From assembly GCF_009914755.1 (NCBI RefSeq), contig NC_060931.1: a DNA stretch of 64,000 nt; one strand, written 5' to 3'. Positions within the stretch are counted from its first letter, which is position 1, and each line of letters starts with the position of its first letter. The stretch comes from the human T2T-CHM13v2.0 reference genome, Homo sapiens. A program made the translations under genes and the position numbers. The notes beneath the pieces are model-generated. The model was not told where the DNA came from. It worked only from the letters and a program-made list of their open reading frames with translations, and did not search any database. Shown one piece after another: positions 30,635-46,022 of this stretch.

Positions 30635-32270
30635 TAGAATTGACACTTTTTTTGGTACCTACCTGATTTATTCATTTTCCCCCTTTGTATATCTTGCTTG
30701 AAATCACATTATCTCCACTCAGTGGAAAATGATTCTGTTGGGTCATACACAGATTCAAACAGAGAAACTAGAAATAATCAGAAATTACTTACACCAGTGA
30801 AATGTCAGGCGGGTCTGCATGCCCCATTCTTCCAAGAACATTTTTGGTAATTCTGTAGAAGAAAGAGGATTGTAAAGGTTTTGTAAGCCTTTTTTTTATT
30901 CTTTTCCTTCTTCTTCCAGATGAGAGGAGCCCTCAACAGACCTTTGTTGAAGAATAATTTTCCAAGGCTACCAATTTGGATCTCAAAAGCCCAGATTCAA
31001 AGGGAACCTCAGTTTGCTATCTAAAATAAGTGCCTGAATAGCTATCAGTTAAGGTACACACAGAGCAGATGGGAAATAGATAGCTACATCATAGATTGCT
31101 CTGTGAATTCAAGAGGTCTTTGTCTGAGGACAATAGTAACACGAACAAATATTCAGGTTTTCAGTTACAGGCCAGCCAGAGGATGGAGCGAAAAAAAAAT
31201 CAAATTAAATCTAATTGAATCAGCAATGCCAGCACCATTAATACAAAATGCATCACCACCAGATATGCTTCCCCTGGTTTCCTGGCCCAATTCTTGGAAA
31301 TGAGGCTGGATTGTACCCGATATAATACTTCCAGGTATCTTTCTGGTTAAGTACAATGGGGTTTTATTGTTTCTAATTAAATAGGGTTGATTCACAATCC
31401 TCAAATCTTTCCCCTGTGCCTTTCACCAAATGAGAATCCTCACAAGACTCTAGACACGTTATCAATAGGAAATGTACCCTATTAGTTATCTGAATGCTAC
31501 TGAATGTAAGCTCTATGAAGAGAATGACCTGGAAAATAATCATCTGTCATCCATAATTGTGCTGTCAATCAATTTAAACCACTTAACAGTGAGGTTTGGT
31601 TTTGCCCATAACTGCTAGTGACTGCATTTTACTAAGTGAGGGGAAAACATCTATCTGTATCTATGTATCTTTTTGCTCAGATCAGTTGTCTCCTCAAATG
31701 TCCTATTTCAATTGAAGGCACCAACACATACCCAATCCATCATCTTTGACACCTCCTTCTCCCCCTCTGTCACAGACATGTCCAACCAGTCACTAATCCT
31801 ATTAATTCCATTACCTATGTAGCTGTCATATTTATCCCTTTCTCTCCTTGGCACTGCTGTTTATCCTGTTCTAGTGGGAGTCGTCATGGCAGGTAACCCC
31901 AACAGAAAGGCATTCTGGGACATTCCCAGCAGAGAGGGAAGAACAAGTTAAGGGCAATAGGTTAGTAGTTTTGGAATTGGATTTAGGTGAAAAAGAATAA
32001 AACTTCTCAGAGATGGGATAGCAGTTTAAGTCGCTAAATGCCACAGATGTAACAGAAATGAATCCCATCCAGATGATAATGTTTAACTGAATTATCTAAT
32101 TCAACAGGACTGGGCCAAGAAGAAGGCATGATTCTGCACAGTAGTCATGCACGAGTACTAAGTGAAAGTCTAAACCATGGCTTCAGATGTCCCTGTTTGG
32201 GTTCAAGTAAGACTAAACATGCAAAGCAGAATCCGGCCGATATAACAGCAAACAAGTAAATCTAGATGTT

Positions 32271-32578
<308 letters not shown>

Positions 32579-33090
32579 ACAGCTAGATGTCAAACTCAGA
32601 TTTAATGGTCTCTTTCCAAAGGACAAGCATTGAAACTATTTTATATACATAGAAGCTCCTAATAAAGATCTCAATGGTCATTCATTCCCCAAGGGAGAAA
32701 CGATCAACAAATGTATGCATGATCTTCCTGCTTTCATATCTAAACTGATGCACGCAAGGCACTGAATCTTGGTGTGGACAATTATTGATTACGTGTAACT
32801 GGAATTGTATTTAAATTTCTCATCTCACTTTTATTCTAAGGAAGGCATTCTACTAACCCTCTCAAGTGCTGATGACTATAATCAAGCCATCATAATAATA
32901 ATAATTACAATAATGATAATAACAATATACTTGTATCACACTTTACAGTTTATAAAATGCATTCCAAGATGCGTTCACATGTATTATCTCACACATAAAA
33001 GGGTATTTTCCTACATTAACAGGGATTGGTCTTGAGAGTAAAAAGCATAAACAAAGCGCATGATCATTTATGAATTAGCATTTCAGGGTC

Positions 33091-33540
33091 TTTGTGGCAG
33101 GTTCTGTCTGTGTGCCTCCTGCATCTCTTTGGATTATATGACTATTTCTGTGCACACCAGCATCTTTGCTGACTGGCTGACCTGAGGCTGCCAGAACACA
33201 CTCAGCCCATATGTAAGAGATGAAAGTGACTGGAAATTGACATCTTCCGAAATGTTCATATTTTGTAACCAATAGCTGATGGGTAGGGGATATAAATACC
33301 CCAGTTCCTTTACCCCTCAGCTAGGATAATCCTAAAGTGTGTGTTTTACGGTATTTTCTGAAGCTTCCTTGCAGGATTATGCTTCAGGTGCCAACAACAG
33401 TAGCTAGGGTTTCTGGCTGTTTCTTTCCCTCCCTGTGTCTCCTCCATGTTATCCTTTTATGCCTCTGCAACTCCCAAATAAACTGGGCATCCTCAATCCT
33501 CCTCTTACGAACTGCTTCTGATAATAATGATCTTAAGACA
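33091..33540 (+). mobile_element. LTR16-type ERVL solo LTR
   Basis: tgtggcagg..., ggatataaataccccag, cccaaataaact, ...taagaca. Confidence 0.7.
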
Positions 33541-33552
33541 GTGTATATATCA

Positions 33553-34405
<853 letters not shown>

Positions 34406-34630
34406 TCAATGCATGGTGTGTGGCATACAAACAAAAAAGTCATCTAAACTGAACAACATTAATATCCATTGAGAAATCAATTTTATTCTTAAGAAGGTAT
34501 ACCACCTATCTGTAATAAGGTAGTTGCTGCTATTATCATGCATTTGTCATCACAGTTCAAGTACCGAGCCCTGAATTGACAATATGCTGGACACTGTGAG
34601 TAAAAATTAAGTGACTGACCTTGCCTTTCC

Positions 34631-34810
34631 AGTGACCAGAAATTAACATCTTCCCAAAAGTTCCCATTTTGTAACCAATGAATGATGGATGTGGGGATAT
34701 AAATGCCTCAGCTCCATTCACCCCTTGGCTAAGATAATCCTAAAGTGTGTGTTTTACACATTTCCTAAGGCTTCCCTGCAGGATTGTTTGAGTTGCCCAC
34801 AACAGTAGCT
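34631..34810 (+). repeat. Local direct duplicate of 33225-33405
   Basis: Roughly 80% identity; shared exact gataatcctaaagtgtgtgttttac. Confidence 0.8.
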
Positions 34811-34820
34811 TTACATTCTG

Positions 34821-35130
34821 GGCTGGCAGTGGGAGCTCATGCCTGTAATCCCAGCACTTTGGGAGGCCAAGGCCAGGGGATCACTTGAGCCCAGGAGCTT
34901 GAGACCAGGCTGGGCAACATAGGGAGATTTCATCTTAGTCTTCATAAAATAAAATAATAAAATAAGATAAATTAGCTGGGAGTAGAGGCATGCTCCTCTA
35001 GTCCCACCTACTCAGGTGGCTGAGACAGGAGGATCACTCGAGCCCAGGAGTTTGAGACTGCAGTGGGTTACAATTGTGCCACTGCACTCCACCCTAGGTG
35101 ATAGAGTAATAGCTGGTCTATAAAAAAAAC
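34821..35130 (+). mobile_element. AluJ
   Basis: Diverged dimer. Confidence 0.92.
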
Positions 35131-35131
35131 A

Positions 35132-35430
35132 GGCCGGGCACAATGGTCCACGCCTGCAATCCCAGCACTTTTGGAGGCTGAGGCGGGTAGATCACCTGAG
35201 ATCAGGAGTTTGAGACCAGCCTGGCCAACATGGTGAAACCCCATCTCTACTAAAAATACAAAAATTAGCTGGGTATGGTGGCGGGCACCTGTAATCCCAG
35301 CTACTCAGGGGGTTAGGTAGGAGAATCACTGGAACCCAAGAGGCAGAGGTTGCAGTGAGCCGAGATCAATGCCTTTGCACTCCAGCCTGGGCAACAAGAG
35401 CGAAACTCCATCTCCAAAAAAAAAAAAAAA
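35132..35430 (+). mobile_element. Alu (AluSq/Sx) inserted in the tail of the preceding AluJ
   Basis: Full dimer, caacaagagcgaaactcc. Confidence 0.95.
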
Positions 35431-36744
35431 GGAGAGTTTATGTTCTGCTGGTTAAAGAAGGACATTGAAACAAAGCATCTATTCACTGTGCAACAATGAT
35501 TTCAAGCTGGTGTTATAAAGAGAAAGGAAAGACTTATTACTTTCCAGTGATTTTCTTAAGGTGTGATCAGATTTGGAAACACAAGAAAACAGCTCAGCCG
35601 GGGAAATGGCCACCTCCCCCAGATTGCATTACAGCCAAGGAAAGGGCAACTGTTTGGGGGTTTAATGCACCATCAGAAGAATGGGTGTCAGTAAGAAGTC
35701 ATCTTGCAATCGAAAACAAAAGGAGAAAAACAGGCGTGCTGATCTTAGCAAATCCTTAGAGATCTCAGCTTTTGTCACAAACCTTGTTTGTTGTATCAGA
35801 AAAATTGATGCCTTGCAACCAGTTCTTGTAAGATCTGTCTCTGAAGACAGAGTGGAAATAGATAGATCAAGTTACAAGCATGTTTTGTTGAAAAATAACA
35901 AACATTTTTCACAACAAGGAACCAAAGAACAAACAAAAGAGTGTTCCCTCCAATCTCCATATCTCTGATTCACAGAATGGGTGTTGAGATGTTCACTTAA
36001 GTGTAAAATCAGCTGTCCCCGCCTCCTCTTTCCATTTTCAAACATGAGCAAGATAATCAAAGAACAAAAGCAAAAAGACAGCATTTCTTAATACCCTTGA
36101 TAACAAACAGATACAACTTCTTTCTCTAAGGAGTTCTACAGGACAAATATATTAAGAGTTTCCAGAAGAATTGTGGTAAGTTGATGGCAGACTCAACACT
36201 GATTATGAATAGGTTTTGTCTAAGATCAGTCAACCACATAGGATAAGAGCAGAAATTTAAATAGCAGGCTGGAATTCTTAAGAGCTATCCGCTCATTTTC
36301 TAGACAGCCACGTTCTGCAAACCTCCTTTTGGGCAGTGTGATTCCTTTTAGCCCTCAGAATGGTTTCTACTACAGATATATAGGCAGACAGCAAGATCTC
36401 AGAGAGCAAGCAGGCTGTGAGATCCTTCCAGCCAGCAAGGGGCTATTGATCCCCACAGAACTTCCTTTGGTCTGGCAGGATGATGCTCATGTGCCCTAGG
36501 GGTGACCCAGGACATGTGGAAAGAGAAACAAGCCTTCAAAATTTTGAATACCAAAACCAAACAAAGACATTATAAGACAAGAAGACTACAGACCAATATC
36601 TCTTATGAATATGTATGCAAAAATCCTCAACAAAATATTAGCACACAGAGTTCAACAATGTCTGAAAAGCATTATGCACCGTGACCAGGTGGGATTTCTC
36701 CCAGCTATTCAAGGTTAATTCAGCATTCAAAAATTAATTAGTGC

Positions 36745-37043
36745 GGCCGGGCATGGTGGCTCACACCTGTAATCCCAGCACTTTGGGAGGCCGAGGCAGG
36801 TGGATCACCTGAGGTCAGGAGTGCAAGACCAGCCTGGCCAAGATGGTGAAACCCCATCTCTACTAAAACTACAAAAATTGGCCAGGCATGGTGGCTCACG
36901 CCTGTAATCCCAAATACTCAGGAGGCTGAGGCAGAAAAATTGCTTGAACCCAGTAGCAGTGAGCCGAGATTGTGCCACTGCACTCCAGCCTGGGCAACAG
37001 AGTGAGACTTCGTCTCAAAAAAACAAAAATAAATAAATAAAAA
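36745..37043 (+). mobile_element. Alu (AluSx-like)
   Basis: Dimer; TSD aaaaattaatt(a/t)gtg. Confidence 0.93.
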
Positions 37044-37121
37044 TTAATTTGTGTAATCCATTGCATCAACAGACTGAAGAAGACAAATCATGTGATCATA
37101 TCAACAGATGCAGAAAAAGCC

Positions 37122-37345
37122 CCACCCTGGCTAACACAGTGAAATCCCGTCTCTACTAAAAATACAAAAAAATTAGCCAGGCATGGTGGCGGGTGCCTGT
37201 AGTCCCAGCTACTTGGAGAGGCTGAGGCAGGAGAATGGTGTGAACCCGGGAGGCAGAGTTTGCAGTGAGCCCGAGATAGCGCCACTGCACTCCAGCCTGG
37301 GCAACAGAGTGAGACTCTGTCTCAAAAAAAAAAAAAAAAAAAGAA
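37122..37345 (+). mobile_element. 5'-truncated AluY
   Basis: ggctaacacagtg, gagaatggtgtgaacccggg; TSD agaaaaagcc. Confidence 0.92.
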
Positions 37346-37689
37346 AAAGCCTTTGACAGCAGGTAACATCCATCCATGATAAAAGCTCTTGGTAAACTAG
37401 GAACAGAGGGGAACTTCCTCAAGTTGATACAGGTCATCTACAAAAAACCTACAGGGAGCATATACATAATGAGAAGAAACTCAAAACTTTCCCAATAAGA
37501 TCAAGAACAAGGCACCACTGCTTTTAAACATCACATACTGGTATATATGTTGGCAAATAAGAAAAAAATGACTTTGTTTACAGATGGCATGGTTGTCTAT
37601 GCAGAAAATCTGAATTTTTTTTCTAAAACAACATCCAGAACAACTTCCAGTCCTGCAAACTCCATTTATGGTATGTTCCCTTTACAGAT

Positions 37690-37977
37690 CTACCATTTTT
37701 TATTTTTTACAACACATTTTCATTGTACCTTTTCTACATACAGATATGTTTAGATACACAAGTGCTTACCTTTGAATTGCCTGCCGTGTTCAGTACAGTC
37801 ACATCTTGTACAGGTTTGTAGCCTAGGAGTAATAGGCTAGACAATATACCCTAGAAGCATAGTAGGCTATACTATCAAGGTTTGTATAAGTACCTTCCAT
37901 GATGTTCACACAGTGACAAAATCACCTAAAGCCACATCTCTCAGAACCTGTTCCCATCATTAGGTAATACATAACTG
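37690..37977 (+). mobile_element. Tigger3-derived MITE, 3' part
   Basis: gtacaggtttgtagcctaggagtaataggcta...cataactg + TA. Confidence 0.85.
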
Positions 37978-38383
37978 TATTTCTTCAAATAACCTTGAAA
38001 AACTCATATCTACCCCAAAACCTGCATGTGGTTGCTTATAGAACTTTATTCATAATTGTCAAAACTTGGAAGCAACCAAGATGCCCCTCAGCAGGTGAAT
38101 GGATAAATAATCTGTGATACATCCAGACAATAGAATATTATTCAATGCTAAAAAGGAACTGAGCTATCACACCATGAAAATACATGGAAGAAACTAAAAT
38201 GCACATTGCTAAGTGAAAAAAGTCTATCTGAAAAGGCTATATTACTATATGCTTACAACTCTATGACTTTCTGGAAAAGGTGAAATTATGGAGCCAGTAA
38301 AAAGATCAGTTGTTTCCAGGGGCTAGGGGGGAGGAAGATATGATTAGGCAGAGTAGAGAGGCTTTTTACGGTAGTGAAAGTAC

Positions 38384-38679
38384 TTTTTTTTTTTTTTGAG
38401 ATGGAATTTTGCTTTTGTTGCCCAGGCTGGAGTGCAGTGGCATGATCTTGTCTCACCACAACCTCCTCCTCCTGGGTTCAAGTGAGTCTCCTGCCTCAGC
38501 CTCCTGAGTAGCTGGGATTACAGGCATGCGCCACCACCCCCGGCTAATTTTGTATTTTTAGTAGAGACAGGGTTTCTCCATGTTGATCAGGCTGGTCTTG
38601 AACTCCCGACCTCAGGTGATCAGCCTGCCTCGGCCTCCCAAAGTGCTAGGATTACAGGTGTGAGCCACTGCTCCCGGCT
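38384..38679 (-). mobile_element. Alu (AluSp-like)
   Basis: ggtttctccatgttgatcagg, aactcccgacctcagg. Confidence 0.95.
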
Positions 38680-39334
38680 GAAACTATATGTATGATACTA
38701 CAATGGTGGATACATTACACATCCTTCAACACCCACAGGATGTATAACACCAAGAGTTAATCTTAATGTACACTATGGTCTCTGGGTGCTAATGATGTGA
38801 CATTTTAGGCTCATCAACTCTAAGAAATGCTCCACTGTGATAGGGGATGTCAGTAGCAGGGAGGTAATGCATGGGTGGGATAGAGGCCTATGGTACCTCT
38901 GTGTCTTTCATTCAATTTTGCTGTGAACTTAAAACTGCTCTAGAAATAAAGTCTATTAAAATAGAAAAGGAGTTTTGCACACAAACATGCAGATCTCTCT
39001 CCAAAATTATCCCCACCCGAGAATTTTGACTGTAGTCCATGACTCCAATTCCTCACCTCCAATTCTCCACTAATTTATTCCAATTAGGCTTTTACTTCTC
39101 CTCTTCTGCAGAAACTTCTCTTCTCAAAGTCATGAATGACCTCCATGTTACTAATTACAACGGCCCATTCTCAGTCTGCATTGTACTTCATGAATCAACA
39201 GCATTTGTCAGTTATTCACTTCCTTCTCATCAATTTACTTTCTTTACTTGGCTTCCAAGACACCAGATGCTCCAGGTTCCCTTGTACTTTGCCCCTTCCA
39301 CTTCCTTTGTTGGATTTTGTGTTTTCCCAAATTT

Positions 39335-39628
39335 TTTAAAATAATTTTTTATTTTTTGATTTTCGTGGGTGCACAGTAGGTATATATATTTATGGGGTAC
39401 CTGAGATGTTTTGATACAGACATGCAATGCATAATAATGACATCATGGAGAATGGGGCATCCATTCCCTCAAGCATTTATTTTTTGTGTTATAAACAATC
39501 CAGTTATGCTCTTAGTTATTTTAAAATGTACAATTAAGTTACTGTTGGCTATAGTCACCCTGGTCTGCTATCAAATAGTAGGTCTTATGGTAGGTCTTAT
39601 TCATTCACACTATTTTCTTTCTTTATTT

Positions 39629-39671
<43 letters not shown>

Positions 39672-40472
39672 TTTTTTTGAGACAGAGTCTTGCTCTGTCA
39701 CCCAGGCTGGAGTGCAGTGGCGCAATCTCAGCTCACCTCAACCTCCGCCTCCTGGGTTCAAGTGATTCTTCTGCCTCAGCCTCTTGAGTAGCTGGGATTA
39801 CAGGTGCCCGCTACCATGCCCAGTTAATTTTTGCATTTTTAGTAGAGATGGAGTTTCTCCAACTATTTTCTTTTAGTACCCAATAACCATCCCCACCACC
39901 CCCTCAGCCCCCACTACCCTTCCAAGCCTTTGGTAACCAACCTTCCACTCTCTATGTCCATGAGTTCAGTTGTTGTGATGTTTAAGTACCACAAATAAGT
40001 GAGAACATGTGATGCTTGTCTTTCTGTGCCTGTGCTTTGCTTATTTTATTTAACATAATGATGTTATGTTGCAAATGACATGTTGTTGCAAATGACAGGA
40101 TCTTGTTCTTTTTTATGGCTGAATAGTACTCCATTGTGTAAATGTACCACATTTTCTTTATCCACACATCTGTTGATGGACACTTAGGTTGCTTTCACAT
40201 CTTGGCTCTCATGAACAGTGCAACAAACGTGGGAGTACAGATATCTCTGTGATACACTGAGTTTCTTTCTTTTCAGTATATGCTTAGGAGTGGGATTGCT
40301 GGATCATATGGTAGCTCTATTTTTATATTTTTGAGGAAACTTGAAACTGTTCTCCATAGTGGTTGTACTAATTTACATTCCCACCAACAGTGTACAAGGG
40401 TTCTATTTTCTCCACATCCTTGCCAGTATTTGTTATTGCCTGTCTCTTGGATATAAGCCATTTTAGCTGGGA
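39335..40472 (-). mobile_element. L1MA 3' end
   Basis: Minus-strand ORF2 C-terminal remnants (WIKKMWYIYTMEYYSAIKKN; [15 protein letters not shown]) plus L1MA 3' UTR. Confidence 0.9.
39621..39861 (-). mobile_element. 5'-truncated Alu with (TTTA)n tail
   Basis: TSD actattttcttt at 39609 and 39862. Confidence 0.92.
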
Positions 40473-40737
40473 TACCAAACTCATAAGATTAGAACACCCC
40501 AAGTCTCAGTCTTTTTAGTCTCTTTTCTCTACAGTTAGTCCAGGCCTCAGAGATTTAATATGCCAACAACTCGCAAATGCAAAACTCTTATCCAAACCTC
40601 TCTCCAGAATTCCAAATTTTTCTGTATATCCTGTTGGATCTACCACTTCATTATGTCTAGAATCTGATTGTTTCTCACCACCCAGTCTGAATCATCATCA
40701 TCTTAGCATTGTAACTGGCCTTCCTGTTTCCAACCTC

Positions 40738-41445
40738 CGTAGAGCACCCTTGACATAAGTAACTCCATCTTAGAAGAAGACTCCATCTTACGTTGCAAAA
40801 GGCAACTTGCCATCAGGGACCAGATGTTTTGCCTAATCAGTAAAGACTGCATCTAACCAGGTAAAGACATAATCAACCACACTTTCCACTATCAGTCCTC
40901 ACCAGAGGCCCCTGCGGCCATAAAGAGTGCAGGACTTCAACAGCTCAAAATGACCATCTTAACAGACATGGTCTTGCTGTCACTTGAGATATTCACACAG
41001 CATATGCTAGTGAAGGCTCTGACTACATTGAAGACTCTTCCTTGTAAGACCATTGGACCACCCAGCCCAGGCCAAAATATTATTTTTATTCGGGTCATTG
41101 TCCCTGGACTGATTTGATAACCTATTGTCCTGTCTCTTTTCTCTCATTGTTAAATGTCACTTTGTTTGTGGTGCAATGTTGACTCTATAACATTTATATA
41201 TTGACTAGGTATGCTATTAGGTGTGGTTTGCAATATTGATTGACTTGTGGGGTGGCTTGAGCCCGTGTGCCCATGGCTCTGACTACTGAGTGGATGGGAA
41301 TTACTAAGTGGAATTTCCTCCTTGGGAATTCCACATAGCCCGTGGCTTTTGTGATTGAAATAGCATCAATAAAAGCCTGACATGGTGGAAAGGCACAAAC
41401 CTGAATAAATCTGATTATCTCTGACCCCATGCTGCTCAAGATACA
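40738..41445 (+). mobile_element. ERV1 solo LTR (MER72-like)
   Basis: cccttgacataagtaactccatcttag...aatagcatcaataaaagcctgac. Confidence 0.72.
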
Positions 41446-41681
41446 CCTTTCCTCTACATTTTATTTTCCAAATAGAGATAGAATTTTCCTTTTAAAATCT
41501 ATGTCATATCGTGTTTGTACTTTGACTCAAATTCTCAATAGCTCCCATTTCACCAGAAGAGAAGTCAAAGTTCTCCCAAAGTCTTCTTGAGGCACCACCA
41601 CTGCCTCTCTGCTCTCTTTATCCATTTCCCTCCCATCCAGCTATCTAGGTATATATCCAGGTGTATAAAACCTGGATAAAG

Positions 41682-42676
<995 letters not shown>

Positions 42677-42794
42677 TAGCTTTTAGATGATGATCTAGGA
42701 GTTGAGCTTGGTGCAGTCAAGCCTCGTATCTCACAATCACAAGCACTAGGCTGCTTGAGAACTCTCCAGTTGCTATCCTGCAGTAAATTCAGAG

Positions 42795-42977
42795 GTGGTA
42801 TTCAAAGCACATCTCGTTACTTGAGGTGTGGCCCACAGGCCAGCAGCTTTGGGACCATCAGGAGCATGTTAGACAGGCAGAATCTTTTCCTCACCTCCTC
42901 TGGCCCCCGCTAGTTAGACTCTGCATTTTAGCAAGAGTCAAACCGATTAGCATAAACATCAAAGTTTGAGAACACTG
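42795..42977. mobile_element. MER5-type hAT MITE
   Basis: ggagcatgttagacaggcagaatc...ctctgcattttagcaag...aaagtttgagaacactg. Confidence 0.7.
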
Positions 42978-43133
42978 AAAGATTTGCCAACTCAAACTGT
43001 ACTAGTAACAAATACCCAAAAGGAATAAGGTGAGGAAAGGTCCCAGGGAGGGGCTGGAAGTCAGAGTGGGAGTAGAATTTTGGGTGAATAAAGTCATGGC
43101 TTTTTATTGTTCACTGCAAAAGTATTTCAGTAT

Positions 43134-43424
43134 TTCTTTTCTTTTTTCTTTTTTGCTCTGTCACCCATACCGAAGGGCAGTGGCACCATCTTGGTTCGCT
43201 ACAACATCCACCTCGTGAGTTCAATTGATTCCCTTACCTCAGCCTCTTGAGTAGCTGGGACTACAAGTATGCACCACCATGCCCTGCTAATTTTTGTATT
43301 TTTTGTAGAGATGGCATTTCACCCTGTTGGTGAGGCTGGTCTTGACCTCCTGGCCTCAAATGATCCTCCTGCCTCGGCCTTCCAAAGTCCTGGGATTACA
43401 GGCCTGAGCCATCATGTCCTGCCG
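43134..43424 (-). mobile_element. AluJ
   Basis: TSD gtatttcagtat. Confidence 0.9.
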
Positions 43425-43638
43425 TGGTATTTCAGTATCTCAATAACAGTAGGAGTAGCAGGTATTTACCAGCTGGAGATTAATCTCTGGGTCTACTAAT
43501 GTGCTATGAATGAGTTACATTGTGTTCTATATTAATCACCTTAACCTTCTAGCATCCAAGTGAACTTGCTGCCACCAGAGACCTAAGGCCTGTGTGTAAA
43601 AGCCATGAGTAGCTTAATGTGGACTAAGAAAGTGGCTT

Positions 43639-44682
43639 TGTAACTGCCCAGTGGGTTCACCTTGCCTGCTGCCTAGACAGAGCTGATTTGTCAAGACAGG
43701 GGAATTGCAGTGGAGAAAGAGTAATTCACGCACAGCCAGCTGTGCAGGAGACCAGAGTTTTATTATTATTCAAATCAGACTCTCTGAAAACTCAGGAATC
43801 AGAGTCTTAAAGGATAATTTGGTGGGTAGGGGGCCAGTAAGTTGGAAGTTCTGATTGGTTGGGTCAGAGATGAAATCATAGGGAGTTGAAGGCGTCCTCT
43901 TGTGCTGAGTCAGTTCCTGGGTGGGGGCCACAACACCAGATGAACCAGCATATTGATCTGGGTGGTGCTAGTGGATCCACTGAGTGCAGGGTCTGCAAAA
44001 TATCTCAAGCACAGATCTTAGGTTTTACAACAGTGATGTTATCTCCAGGAGCAACTTGGGGTGGCTCAGACTCTCACAGCTGGAGGCTGCATGGTCCCTA
44101 AACCATAATTTCTAATCTTTGTGGGGTTTTTTTTTGTTTGTTTTTTTTTGTTTTTGAGATGGAGTCGTGCTCTGTTGCCTAGGCTGGAGCACAGTTGTGT
44201 GATCTTGGCTTGCTATAACATCCACCTCCTGGGTTCAAGCAGTTCTCCTGCCTCAGCATCCCGAGTAACTGGGATTACAGTACACACCACCACACCCAGC
44301 TGATTTCATATTTTTAGTAGAGATGGGGTTTCACCATGTTGGCCGGGCTGGTCTGGAACTCCTGACCTCAAGTGATCCACCCGCCTCGGCCTCCCAAAGT
44401 GCTGGGATTACAGCATGAGCCACCACTCCCAGCCTGTAATTTCTAATCTTGTAGCTTATTTGTAGACTGGTCCCTAGGCAAGAAGGGTTTTTTTCAGAAA
44501 AGGGCTATTATCCATTTTGTTTCAGAGTTAAACTATAACTAAATTCCTTTCCAAGGTTTGTTCAGTCGACACCCAGGTGTGAAAAAGGACAAGGTAAAGG
44601 TTAGAAGCAAGATGGAGTCGGTTAGGTCTGATCTCTTTCACTGTCATGATTTCCTCAGCTGTGATTTTCGCAAAGGTGATGA
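43639..44682 (-). mobile_element. LTR8-type ERV1 solo LTR, split by an Alu
   Basis: tgtaactgcccagtgggttcaccttgcc...agaagcaagatggagtcggttaggtc. Confidence 0.87.
44126..44433 (-). mobile_element. Alu (AluSx/Sz)
   Basis: TSD taatttctaatctt. Confidence 0.95.
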
Positions 44683-45129
44683 ATCTGACAATGAATCCCA
44701 AATGTCATCAAACATTGAACATAATAAGTGACACGCAACACCTCCACCTTGCCACAATTCTCCAAGAGCAGTCAGTGAGTTTCTTTGTGTCTTGGACACC
44801 TATAGTATGGCCAGCAATGTGGTATACCCCAACAAGTATGCCCCATAAACAAGGGGTCCATGGACCTGCTAGTATAGTTTGTATTCCAAACACCTAAAGA
44901 GTCAGATGCACAGGTGAATCTGCAGGTGTTAGAGTTGAAGAGGCTGAGCTATCCGCAGGTGCTCCTGGCAGAGCAGCTCCAGGGGGCCCTGAATCTCTGC
45001 CTTCACATATATCAGATGCAATTGCTGCTAATATGCCCTTTTAGTGGCATACAGGATAGCTGCAGGGTGACTGCTCTAACAATGCATGCATTTTCTACTA
45101 ATTAGAGCATCATCATTATTTTGAAATAC

Positions 45130-45425
45130 TTGATATGAAAACATTCTGTTAGATTTGAAACCCATTTGCATTATCACAAGAAATTTCAACATTACACTTG
45201 TCAGTGCAAAAATAGAGGAGCTGTTAGCTCCTTTAAATATGCTTCAACTATTGCAAACTTGTGAATAGCTGTAAAGACGATTTTAAATTTTTTATCACCT
45301 GCCAGTATGAATACATTTTCTTGCCAATGGTGAATATCAAAAATTTGAAAAGATCATCATTAAAAGGTCATGATCAGGAATTGAGTATAACCTTGACAAG
45401 CATAAAACCTGATATGAAAATTATT
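45130..45425 (+). mobile_element. hAT-Charlie transposase C-terminal (dimerisation domain) relic
   Basis: ORF 45261-45449 FITCQYEYIFLPMVNIKNLKRSSLKGHDQELSITLTSIKPD resembles the Charlie motif F.TTYLCE..FS..V.IK.K.RS.L.....M.V.LS.I.P. Confidence 0.6.
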
Positions 45426-45528
45426 ATGTTCATGGAGGATAATGGCTGAGTAAGGTCCAACCAGACTAATCCACCTACAGATAATCACTATAAACTGTGG
45501 ATATAATACAAAACAAATAGCTACCTTA

Positions 45529-46022
<494 letters not shown>

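Larger units (their letters stand above)
36545..38962 (+). mobile_element. Fragmented L1M (L1MC-like): ORF2 RT piece and 3' end
   Basis: agaccaatatctcttatgaat...gcaaaaatcctcaacaaaatattagc; 3' end aataaagtctattaaaa. Confidence 0.82.

Noticed and set aside
30890-31060. Strong acceptor-like cttttccttcttcttccag
   Set aside because: No recognisable peptide follows and there is no partner exon; a non-coding exon cannot be supported without transcript data
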